Assembly (NCBI GenBank): GCA_902619805.1
Contig: CACNGC010000002.1
Span: 19,538-83,537, forward strand
Reading direction: 5' to 3'
Source: an uncultured SAR116 cluster alpha proteobacterium
Lineage (GTDB): Bacteria; Pseudomonadota; Alphaproteobacteria; Puniceispirillales; Marisalimonadaceae
Length of the DNA: 64,000 bases
Shown here: one piece after another, positions 1 through 8,437 of the stretch
How positions within the stretch are numbered: the stretch's first letter is position 1
Layout: every line of letters begins with the position of its first letter
Notes under the pieces: generated by a model
What the model saw: only the letters and a program-made list of their open reading frames with translations
Told to the model about the DNA's origin: nothing
Databases searched by the model: none
Position numbers and translations under genes: made by a program

Positions 1-1
1 T

Positions 2-1783
2 TTCTTTTTTTGGGGACTGTACAAAGTTATTTTTAGATATATAAATGGAGATACTTTTCAAGTATTAACAAAAGCAATTATCGTTTACACGATAATTCAT
101 AGCATTATTTTTATTATAATTAAAATCGACGGAGTTCCTAGATCAATTGGTTTAATGCAACCAATGATATTATTTTTACTTACTGGAGCCTCAAGATGGT
201 TGATAAAAACATGGTTAGGTCTGCATTTTTCTTCAAACAACGAGAAGACTTTGAAAAATGAAGTAATTATATATGGAGCTGGAGACTCAGGTCGTCAATT
301 AGCAGCAAATTTATTACTAAGTCAAGAATTTAAATTTTTATATTTTGTAGATGATAATGAGAGTTTTTGGGGAGGCACTATAGATGGTTACCAAGTTAAA
401 TCGCCTACAAAATTGAATAATTTGTCAGATCTAGACAAACCAAAAGAGCTTTGGCTAGCTATGCCTAATTTACCTACTCAAAAAAGAAGAAAATTAATCA
501 ATTACTTAAGTGGGTTAAGGTTACACGTAAGAACTCTTCCTAGTTTTTCAGACCTTACTAACAGAAAGATTCATCTTGGTGATGTTAGGGAGTTGAACAT
601 AAATGAATTACTTGGTCGTGAGCCTGTTCAACCTGACCATAATCTTTTAAAAAATTATACCTCTGAAAAAACTATACTAGTTACAGGAGCTGGCGGCAGT
701 ATAGGATCAGAAATATGTAGACAAATACTCTACTGTAATCCTGAATATATTCTCTTAGCAGACAACTCCGAGTTAGCACTTTATAATATTCATTCAGAAT
801 TATGTGCAATGTTAAATAAAGAAAATTATAAAATAAAACAAACTACATTAGTTCCACTACTCATAAATATACAAGACGAAAAAAAATTAGACCATATTTT
901 TAAAACTTGGCGTCCGTCAACAGTTTATCATGCCGCAGCATATAAACATGTTCCAATTGTTGAACATAACGTAGTAGCAGGCATCACAAATAATGTTGTA
1001 GGAACTTTAAAATGTGCAAATGTTGCGATGATGTATAATGTAAAAAATTTTGTTTTAGTCAGTACCGACAAAGCTGTTAGACCAACTAACGTTATGGGAG
1101 CTAGCAAGCGCCTTGCTGAAATTGCACTTCAATTAATGAGTAATACTATTAAAAATACAAGTACGTGTTTTTGTATGGTTCGTTTTGGAAATGTCCTTGG
1201 ATCGTCTGGGTCTGTTGTACCTTTATTTAGAAAACAAATCGATTCTGGCGGACCTGTAACAGTAACTGACGAAAATGTAACACGTTATTTTATGACAGTT
1301 ACTGAAGCTGCTCAGCTTGTAATACAAGCTGGCTCTATGTCTAATGGAGGAGAAGTTTTTGTTTTGGATATGGGACAACCAGTTCGCATTTTAGATCTTG
1401 CCCGTAGAATGATCGAAGCTAAAGGCCTTCAAGTAAAAGATAAGAAAACACCATGGGGAGACATTGAGATACAAATTAATGGACTTCGCCCTGGTGAAAA
1501 ACTATATGAAGAATTATTGATTGGCGACAATGTTCAAAAAACAAAACATCCTAGGATACTTCAAGCGCATGAAAAGTTTATGAAAAAAATAGAATTTAAT
1601 AAATTGATGGATAAACTTGAGATATATTTAGAACAAAACGATGTAAATTCTATACGTAAAATTCTGCAAACAAGTATTCCAGGTTATTTACCAAGTAGTA
1701 AGAACGTCGACTGGATTTCAAATTTCAAAAAAAGTAGTTTATTTAAATCTAATTCACAGTACAATTTCAATATTGAAAAATAA
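2..1783 (+). CDS. CapD/WbpM-type membrane-anchored NAD-dependent nucleotide-sugar 4,6-dehydratase/epimerase (polysaccharide biosynthesis); 5'-partial
   Basis: The listed ORF starts at 155, but I translated 2-154 in the same frame and found no stop (FFFWGLYKVIFRYINGDTFQVLTKAIIVYTIIHSIIFIIIKIDGVPRSIGL...). These are hydrophobic segments typical of the WbpM/CapD N-terminal membrane domain, so the gene runs off the window edge. Two Rossmann motifs (IIYGAGDSG, LVTGAGGSIGSE), a YKHVP region, VSTDKAVRPTNVMGASKR and VRFGNVLGSSGSV are hallmarks of the family. Confidence 0.85.
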   Translation, partial: FFFWGLYKVIFRYINGDTFQVLTKAIIVYTIIHSIIFIIIKIDGVPRSIGLMQPMILFLLTGASRWLIKTWLGLHFSSNNEKTLKNEVIIYGAGDSGRQLAANLLLSQEFKFLYFVDDNESFWGGTIDGYQVKSPTKLNNLSDLDKPKELWLAMPNLPTQKRRKLINYLSGLRLHVRTLPSFSDLTNRKIHLGDVRELNINELLGREPVQPDHNLLKNYTSEKTILVTGAGGSIGSEICRQILYCNPEYILLADNSELALYNIHSELCAMLNKENYKIKQTTLVPLLINIQDEKKLDHIFKTWRPSTVYHAAAYKHVPIVEHNVVAGITNNVVGTLKCANVAMMYNVKNFVLVSTDKAVRPTNVMGASKRLAEIALQLMSNTIKNTSTCFCMVRFGNVLGSSGSVVPLFRKQIDSGGPVTVTDENVTRYFMTVTEAAQLVIQAGSMSNGGEVFVLDMGQPVRILDLARRMIEAKGLQVKDKKTPWGDIEIQINGLRPGEKLYEELLIGDNVQKTKHPRILQAHEKFMKKIEFNKLMDKLEIYLEQNDVNSIRKILQTSIPGYLPSSKNVDWISNFKKSSLFKSNSQYNFNIEK

Positions 1784-1934
1784 TATTATAAACCAAACCT
1801 TATTTGTACGTTTAAAATTTTTTAAAAAAAGACATAGTAAAATATTGAAGATGAAAATTAATTTTTCTATTTTATGATTTTAACATAAGTTATAAGTAGT
1901 AAAGTTTATTTATAATTTTTAGGATTTTTATATA

Positions 1935-3371
1935 ATGTATGAAATAGTCCCTGTTCTATTAGCAGGTGGGTCGGGAGAGAGATTATGGCCTTTATCACGT
2001 GATTCATATCCTAAACAATTTTCAAAAATTGTTGGTGATAACACTCTTCTTCAACAAACAGCAAAACGTTTTAATTCTTCAACGAAAATTAAATTCAAAC
2101 CACTTATTACAGTAACTAATTCAAAATATAGATTTTTTATTAGTCAGCAATTAATCAGTATTGGCATTAACCCTGGTGCTATAATAATTGAACCAGAAAG
2201 CAAAAACACAGCACCTGCTGTTCTTGCGGCTGCACTTTATTCGTACAATAAAAATAGTGAGAGTATTTTATTAATAACACCAACAGATCATAGCATTTCA
2301 GATATAGAAGAATTTCACAATACAATCAATATAGGTATAAAAGAAGTAGAACGGGGTAAGATAGTTACATTTGGAATAAAACCTACTCACGCAGAAACTG
2401 GTTATGGATACTTGGAGGTTGAAAACAAAAATTTTAAAAAATCTCAAAAACTTGTCTCCTTTGTAGAAAAACCTAAAAAAAGTGTTGCAGAGAAAATGAT
2501 TAAAAATGGAAATTTTCTTTGGAACTCAGGTATGTTTTTATTTAAAGCAAGTGATATAATTAAAGAATTTGAAAAATATGCTAATGATATTTTAATAACT
2601 ACAAGAAAAGCCCTTGAATATTCTAAGATTGATCTTGGCTTTGTAAAACTTGATAAAAATTCTTGGTCAAAATGTAAAAAAATCAGTATTGATTTTGCAA
2701 TTATGGAAAAAACAAAAAATTTATCAGTAATTCCTTTTCATGCAGGTTGGTCAGATCTAGGGGATTGGAATACAGTGTGGGAAAAAATGCAACCAGACGA
2801 AACTGGAGTTTCTTTATCTTCAAATGCATACGCAATAAATTGTAAAAATACATTATTACGATCAGAACATCCTAATCAAATAATTGTTGGAAGTGGGTTA
2901 AATGATATTATCAGTATAGCAATGCCTGATGCTGTTTTGATAGCCCACAAAAGTCAAACACAAGAAATCAAAAATCTAGTCAAAACTCTAAAGTCTAAAA
3001 ATGTTTCTCAATCAGAATTATTTACAAAAGACCATAGACCCTGGGGTTCCTTTGAAATATTAGCTAGATCAAATGGATTTCAAGTAAAAAAAATCATTGT
3101 TGATCCAGGTGAAGCGCTTAGCCTACAAAGTCATAATCATAGGTCTGAACATTGGGTTGTAGTAAAAGGTATTGCAAAAGTAACAATTAATGACAAAGTG
3201 AAATCAATTTATGAAGGTGAGTCTGTTTTTGTACCAAAACTTGCAATACATAAAATTGAAAACCCATTTAATAAAAAGTTAATAATTATTGAGGTGCAAA
3301 TTGGCTCATATCTTGGTGAAGATGATATAATAAGATATAATGACTTATATTCAAGAAATTCAGAGATTTAA
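1935..3371 (+). CDS. manC: Bifunctional mannose-1-phosphate guanylyltransferase / mannose-6-phosphate isomerase (type II PMI-GMP)
   Basis: 478 aa. N-terminal nucleotidyltransferase motif PVLLAGGSGERLWPLSR...PKQF. C-terminal cupin with RPWGSFE and SLQSHNHRSEHWVVVKG. Length is typical of ManC/XanB/CpsB. Confidence 0.9.
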   Translation: MYEIVPVLLAGGSGERLWPLSRDSYPKQFSKIVGDNTLLQQTAKRFNSSTKIKFKPLITVTNSKYRFFISQQLISIGINPGAIIIEPESKNTAPAVLAAALYSYNKNSESILLITPTDHSISDIEEFHNTINIGIKEVERGKIVTFGIKPTHAETGYGYLEVENKNFKKSQKLVSFVEKPKKSVAEKMIKNGNFLWNSGMFLFKASDIIKEFEKYANDILITTRKALEYSKIDLGFVKLDKNSWSKCKKISIDFAIMEKTKNLSVIPFHAGWSDLGDWNTVWEKMQPDETGVSLSSNAYAINCKNTLLRSEHPNQIIVGSGLNDIISIAMPDAVLIAHKSQTQEIKNLVKTLKSKNVSQSELFTKDHRPWGSFEILARSNGFQVKKIIVDPGEALSLQSHNHRSEHWVVVKGIAKVTINDKVKSIYEGESVFVPKLAIHKIENPFNKKLIIIEVQIGSYLGEDDIIRYNDLYSRNSEI

Positions 3372-3495
3372 GTTTAGAACTTTTACAAATTTTTATTGTT
3401 ATTTGTTTAACTTTTTGATTTTTGTAATATAAACTAAATTTTAAACACCGCGAGTTAACTTCTATATATTAAATAAATAAATTTGGCAAAATAAA

Positions 3496-4530
3496 TTGAA
3501 ATCTAAATTTGAAAAAAAAACAGCTTTGGTTACAGGAACAGCAGGTTTTATTGGATTTTATATTGCTAGAAAGTTATTATCTAAAGGTTGGAAAATTATT
3601 GGTATAGATTCCATGTCTGAATATTATGATGTGCTTCTAAAAAGACGTCGAGAAAGTATTCTTTTACAATCCCCTAATTACAAATCAGTTCATGCTAAGT
3701 TAGAAGATAAAGATGTTATTTTGGATTTACTATCAAATGAGAAACCTGATCTGGTTATTCATTTAGCTGCTCAAGCAGGAGTAAGATATTCAATAGAGAA
3801 TCCTAGAATTTATTTAGAAAGTAATGTATCAGGAACATTTGAACTTTTAGAAGCAGCTAGAGCATATCCGCCAACGCACTTATTAATTGCATCTACTTCT
3901 TCGGCGTACGGTGCTAGTGATAAAATGCCATATAAAGAAATTGATAATTCTGATCACCAAATATCTTTGTACGCTGCTACCAAAAAAAGTATTGAAAATA
4001 TATCTCATAGTTATTCGCATTTATTTGGCTTACCAACAACTATATTTAGATTTTTTACTGTTTATGGCCCTTGGGGACGCCCAGACATGGCATTGTTTAA
4101 ATTTACTAAATCAATTCTTCAAAATGAAAAAATTGATGTTTATAATTATGGTAAAATGAAAAGAGATTTTACATATATAGATGATCTAGTTGAGAGTGTT
4201 TTTAGGCTTATTGATTGTATACCAGAAACAAAAAATGAAAAAAATAAAGAATTTGCAAAATTTGACAGTATATCTTCTGTAGCGCCTTATAGGATAGTAA
4301 ATATTGGTAACTCAAAGCCAATTGAATTAATGCAGTTCATAAGAACAATCGAAAAATTTGTAGGTAAAAAAGCAAAGCTAAATATGATGCCTTTACAAGC
4401 TGGTGACATTACCGCTACTTACGCAGATAACAAACTATTAGAAAAACTTACTGGGTATACTCCAAAAACCACAGTAGATATTGGCATAAAAAAATTTGTT
4501 GATTGGTATAGAAATTATTACCAATTATAA
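3496..4530 (+). CDS. NAD-dependent sugar-nucleotide epimerase, UDP-glucuronate 4-epimerase-like (extended SDR)
   Basis: 344 aa with a TTG start. Motifs: ALVTGTAGFIGFY (Rossmann), catalytic YAATK, and FRFFTVYGPWGRPDMA, which is characteristic of UDP-glucuronate 4-epimerases. Confidence 0.8.
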   Translation: MKSKFEKKTALVTGTAGFIGFYIARKLLSKGWKIIGIDSMSEYYDVLLKRRRESILLQSPNYKSVHAKLEDKDVILDLLSNEKPDLVIHLAAQAGVRYSIENPRIYLESNVSGTFELLEAARAYPPTHLLIASTSSAYGASDKMPYKEIDNSDHQISLYAATKKSIENISHSYSHLFGLPTTIFRFFTVYGPWGRPDMALFKFTKSILQNEKIDVYNYGKMKRDFTYIDDLVESVFRLIDCIPETKNEKNKEFAKFDSISSVAPYRIVNIGNSKPIELMQFIRTIEKFVGKKAKLNMMPLQAGDITATYADNKLLEKLTGYTPKTTVDIGIKKFVDWYRNYYQL

Positions 4531-4617
4531 TTAATAATGAATAGTATTAAATTATACTTATATTAATTTATATCATATTTAGTATGTGTTAGTTTTAATT
4601 ATTTTGAATAGACTTTT

Positions 4618-5022
4618 ATGTTATTATCTAAAAATATTAAATTTATAGTAGTACATTGCTCTGATACTGAAGACAAAAAAAATTTAAAAGCCGTTGATAT
4701 ACATGAAATGCATTTAAGTTTTGGATGGGACGGCATAGGTTACCATAAAGTAATTCAAAGATCAGGTAAGATTGAAAATGGAAGACCTGAATTTTGGATT
4801 GGTGCTCATGTTAAAGGTAAAAACCAAGTCAGTTTAGGAGTCTGTTTAATTGGGAGAAATAATTTTACAACAAAACAATATTCATCTCTTAGAAGATTAT
4901 TGAAAAAGTGGAAAATTTTATATCCAAAAGCTAAAATTATTGGACACAGAGATGTAGGAAACACAAAAAAAACTTGTCCCAATTTTGATGTTATAACTTG
5001 GTCAAAAGAAAATTTAATTTAA
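4618..5022 (+). CDS. N-acetylmuramoyl-L-alanine amidase, Amidase_2/PGRP fold (AmpD-like), no signal peptide
   Basis: 134 aa. Motifs: IVVHCSDT, GYH, GAHVKGKNQVSLGVCLIG and GHRD...KTCPNFD (zinc amidase, T7-lysozyme/AmpD type). The N-terminus is not hydrophobic. Confidence 0.8.
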   Translation: MLLSKNIKFIVVHCSDTEDKKNLKAVDIHEMHLSFGWDGIGYHKVIQRSGKIENGRPEFWIGAHVKGKNQVSLGVCLIGRNNFTTKQYSSLRRLLKKWKILYPKAKIIGHRDVGNTKKTCPNFDVITWSKENLI

Positions 5023-5023
5023 T

Positions 5024-5782
5024 ATGAGAATTATAAAACCCTCAATTTATATGAAATTAGAACCAAACGAATATTCATCATTGGAAACAGAATGTTTATA
5101 TGGAGAAACTGTTAAAGTTATCAAAAATGAAAAAGATTGGGTTTATTGTGTATTATTGACCGACAATTATCATGGATGGATAAAGAAAAGTAATTTAGGT
5201 CATTTAGAAGAACCAACCCACAGAGTTATAAATAAAAGATCTTTTGTTTATGTTGAACAAAGTCCAAAATCTAATTGTTTACACTATTTGCCTCTAGGAG
5301 CTAAGCTAGCTGTAAAAAATCTTACTTCTATTTGGGCAGAAATTTTTCTTCCAAAATCAAACAAATTTGAAGTTGGTTATGTGCCAAGAAATCATATTGT
5401 TAAAATTTCCGATAAAATTAATGATTGGGTATCAATTGCAGAACAGTTAGTTGGTGTGCCGTATAAATGGGGAGGTAGAGATACACTTGGGATAGACTGT
5501 TCTGCTTTGTTACAATTATCTTACGAAAATTCAGGCGAAATTATTCCTAGAAACACAGCAGATCAAGTTAAAGTAAGTAAAGAAATTATTGAGGATATAA
5601 ATGAATTATCTCGAGGTTGTGTTGTATTTTGGAAAGGGCACGTAAGCATAATGGTTGATAAAGTCAATTGTATTCACTCAAATGCCTTCCATATGAGTAC
5701 CATAATTGAACCTTTAGATGTAGTTATTAGTAGAATGAAAGGACAAGACATATTAAGAATGCTAAATTTTAATAATTATTAA
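5024..5782 (+). CDS. SH3b + NlpC/P60 (C40) peptidase, YkfC-like gamma-D-glutamyl-L-diamino-acid endopeptidase candidate; no signal peptide
   Basis: 252 aa. The C-terminal NlpC/P60 core has YKWGGRD..GIDCSALLQLSY (Cys), GHVSIMV (His) and IHSNA. The N-terminal half is SH3-like. It starts 1 nt after the upstream stop (TAAtATG). Confidence 0.75.
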   Translation: MRIIKPSIYMKLEPNEYSSLETECLYGETVKVIKNEKDWVYCVLLTDNYHGWIKKSNLGHLEEPTHRVINKRSFVYVEQSPKSNCLHYLPLGAKLAVKNLTSIWAEIFLPKSNKFEVGYVPRNHIVKISDKINDWVSIAEQLVGVPYKWGGRDTLGIDCSALLQLSYENSGEIIPRNTADQVKVSKEIIEDINELSRGCVVFWKGHVSIMVDKVNCIHSNAFHMSTIIEPLDVVISRMKGQDILRMLNFNNY

Positions 5783-5802
5783 TTGATAAACTTTTAGTAT
5801 AA

Positions 5803-6555
5803 TTAATTTTGATTATTTTTACTTTCAATGTAAAGTTTTCTTTGTCTTAGTTTTTTATTAGTGGGAACCATACTGCTCATAAAACCATTTTTTACTCTCC
5901 CCATTTTAACCATTATCATTGAAGAAATAATGTTTAAGCATATTTTTTGAGCTGTGCCTGCTTTTAATCTTGTAGATCCAGCTATAATCTCCTCTGCAGT
6001 GTCAAGTACTATTTTGACTTTACCAAATTCTAAAATTTTGCCATTAGGATTATTACTTATTGAAATAGTAAGTGCTTTGTTTTCTTTTGCTTTCCTCATA
6101 ACTTCACAAGTAAAGGGGGTATTTCCACTGGCTGCTAAACCTATTACAACATCTTGAAAGTTTATTTTTTTTTCTTTTACCATTTTTGATGCAGTAAGAG
6201 TGTTATCTTCAGCATTTTCTATAGCATCTAAAATAGCATTATCTCCTCCAGCAATAATGTAATCTAAACGATTTTTAGGCCAATTAAAGGTTGGAAACAA
6301 CTCCACACCATCTTGTACACCTATTCTACCAGATGTTCCCGCTCCAACATAAATTAACTTCCCTTTTCTATTTAAGATTAAGTGTTTATATATCATGTCA
6401 ATAGCTGCTTCGATTTCTAAAAGACAGCCTTTTATAGCTAATGCAGCTTTTTTTTGTTCATAAATAAATAATTGAATAGCGTCTATAGTATTTAACTTGT
6501 CTATAGGTTTACTTTTTGTATATAAATTTTCTGTTTTAGGTATATTCTTATTCAT
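5803..6555 (-). CDS. murQ: N-acetylmuramic acid 6-phosphate etherase (SIS domain)
   Basis: 250 aa. YVGAGTSGRIG, GLAASGNTPF and AGSTRLKAGTAQK match MurQ closely. It ends about 45 aa earlier than E. coli MurQ (from memory). Confidence 0.85.
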   Translation of the reverse strand: MNKNIPKTENLYTKSKPIDKLNTIDAIQLFIYEQKKAALAIKGCLLEIEAAIDMIYKHLILNRKGKLIYVGAGTSGRIGVQDGVELFPTFNWPKNRLDYIIAGGDNAILDAIENAEDNTLTASKMVKEKKINFQDVVIGLAASGNTPFTCEVMRKAKENKALTISISNNPNGKILEFGKVKIVLDTAEEIIAGSTRLKAGTAQKICLNIISSMIMVKMGRVKNGFMSSMVPTNKKLRQRKLYIESKNNQN

Positions 6556-6605
6556 AAATATTGTTTATATGTTTTTTATCATTTTAAAAAGGTTATTTTA
6601 TATCG

Positions 6606-7697
6606 TTGCAATATAATTATTTGAATATTATTGGTTTGATGACTGGTACAAGTATGGATGGAATAGACATTAGTCTAGTTCAAACTAATGGTGTGGAACT
6701 GAAAAGACTTAATCAAAACTATTTTTATAAATATTCCAACGAAACGAAAAAATTTTTACTAAGTATTTTAAATGTAGATTTAAAAATAAATTTAAAACGG
6801 AAAAGATATTTAGATAATTTTGTTACTAACGAACATTATCTTGCTTTAAAAGATTTAGACATTGTTCAGAAGTGTGACTTAATTGGTTTTCATGGACAAA
6901 CAATTTATCATGATCCTAAGAATAAAAATTCAGTACAATTAGGTGACCCTAAAAAACTTGCAAAATTGCTTAATAAAGATGTTGTTTTTGATTTTAGATC
7001 AAATGATATTACATTTGGAGGACAAGGTGCTCCACTAGCACCAATTTATCATCAATTAATAATTCAGAAGCTTAATGTAAAATTACCTTGTTGTATCTTA
7101 AATATTGGTGGTATTTCAAATTTAACATTTTGGGATGGTAAAATTTTGATTGGTTTTGATACTGGACCCGGCAATGCTTTAATGGATGATTATTCATTAA
7201 CTACATTTAACAAAAACTTTGATAAAAATGGTAATTTTGCTGCCAAAGGCATCCCAATAGAAGAAGAAGTTGAAAAATTTGTGCAACACAATTTTTTCTC
7301 AAAACCTCCTCCAAAGTCTCTTGACAGACTTTCATTTATAGAAAATTACAATGAGTTAATAAAAAAAAATTATTCTTGCTATGATATTATGGCTACTCTG
7401 GCCGAATTCACAGTAGAAACTGTTGCACTTAGCTTAAACCTTCTCCCAGAAAAAATTGATAATATTTTAATAACTGGTGGTGGTCATAATAATGTTCATT
7501 TAATGAAACGTTTAAAACAAAGATTAAAAACTAATTTCGTCAATGCAAAAGACTTGGGGTTACAATTTGATTATATAGAGTCAGAGTTGATAGCTTATTT
7601 ATCAGCAAGATCTTTATATGAGCTCCCCATCACATTTCCTACAACAACAGGAGTTAAAAAATCTTCATCAGGAGGTGTGTTGTATAAAAATTTATAA
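6606..7697 (+). CDS. anmK: Anhydro-N-acetylmuramic acid kinase
   Basis: 363 aa with a TTG start. GLMTGTSMDGIDIS at the N-terminus, ...GGQGAPLAP..., NIGGISN, DTGPGNALMD and ITGGG are AnmK hallmarks. It is divergent from murQ across a 50-bp spacer. Confidence 0.9.
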   Translation: MQYNYLNIIGLMTGTSMDGIDISLVQTNGVELKRLNQNYFYKYSNETKKFLLSILNVDLKINLKRKRYLDNFVTNEHYLALKDLDIVQKCDLIGFHGQTIYHDPKNKNSVQLGDPKKLAKLLNKDVVFDFRSNDITFGGQGAPLAPIYHQLIIQKLNVKLPCCILNIGGISNLTFWDGKILIGFDTGPGNALMDDYSLTTFNKNFDKNGNFAAKGIPIEEEVEKFVQHNFFSKPPPKSLDRLSFIENYNELIKKNYSCYDIMATLAEFTVETVALSLNLLPEKIDNILITGGGHNNVHLMKRLKQRLKTNFVNAKDLGLQFDYIESELIAYLSARSLYELPITFPTTTGVKKSSSGGVLYKNL

Positions 7698-8381
7698 AAA
7701 TCCATTTTGTCTATCTATATGAAAAGGTCTTAATTTTATGGAAGGTGGCAATATTTCTCTTATATCTGCAAAAGGAAATGATGGTGTGAAACTATATGCT
7801 TCTGCAAATGTTCCTTTTGGAGCATTACACTGTGCAGCTCTGTAGCTATTCATCAATTTAAACAAGTCTACAAATCTATCAGGACTTTGTGTTTTGTGTT
7901 TAAGAATGGCTTCTTTTTTCAACTCATAATAATCTGTTATATCAACATAATAATTAGGATTAAAGTTAATGCCCATCAAAGTATCACAATATAAAATTGG
8001 AATATAATGACTTACTGCTGCTTTAGTTATTAAGGATAATGATTTATGGTCCACATGATAGTCATTTTCAGAATGTGTGATAATTAAATCAGGCATGATT
8101 TTTAAAATATTCTCTTTTATAATTTTTCTATGTTCCAATTCGCTACCCAATTCTCCATCGGGTAAATTTAAGAAAACTGGTGAAGAAAGTTTTTTTAAGC
8201 CACCGATAGCCTCCTTGGCTCTTTTCTGAGATAATTTTTTACCTTCGGCCACTCCTCCTTTTGCTCCATCAGTTGCAATCATTGTATAAACTTTATGTCC
8301 TTTTTTCTTATAAATAAAAAGCAAACCATACATAAAAATTTCAATATCGTCAGGGTGAGCGCCAATCCCTAAAACTTTCAT
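7692..8381 (-). CDS. PIG-L/LmbE-family N-acetylglucosaminyl deacetylase
   Basis: MKVLGIGAHPDDIE plus HSENDYHVDH is the PIG-L zinc-binding signature. The ORF is open to 8426, but family members normally start just before the AHPDD motif, so the ATG at 8381 is preferred. The stop overlaps the anmK stop by 6 nt. Confidence 0.8.
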   Translation of the reverse strand: MKVLGIGAHPDDIEIFMYGLLFIYKKKGHKVYTMIATDGAKGGVAEGKKLSQKRAKEAIGGLKKLSSPVFLNLPDGELGSELEHRKIIKENILKIMPDLIITHSENDYHVDHKSLSLITKAAVSHYIPILYCDTLMGINFNPNYYVDITDYYELKKEAILKHKTQSPDRFVDLFKLMNSYRAAQCNAPKGTFAEAYSFTPSFPFADIREILPPSIKLRPFHIDRQNGFL

Positions 8382-8437
8382 TATATTTTTCTCCCAATTA
8401 ATATAATATACTATTGCAATATTCAAAAAGATATCAA

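Noticed and set aside
5803-6555. Short murQ as a pseudogene.
   Set aside because: The reading frame is intact from ATG to stop, the SIS-domain motifs are conserved, and the gene sits in a coherent functional context. Truncation of the tail fits the general protein shortening seen here.
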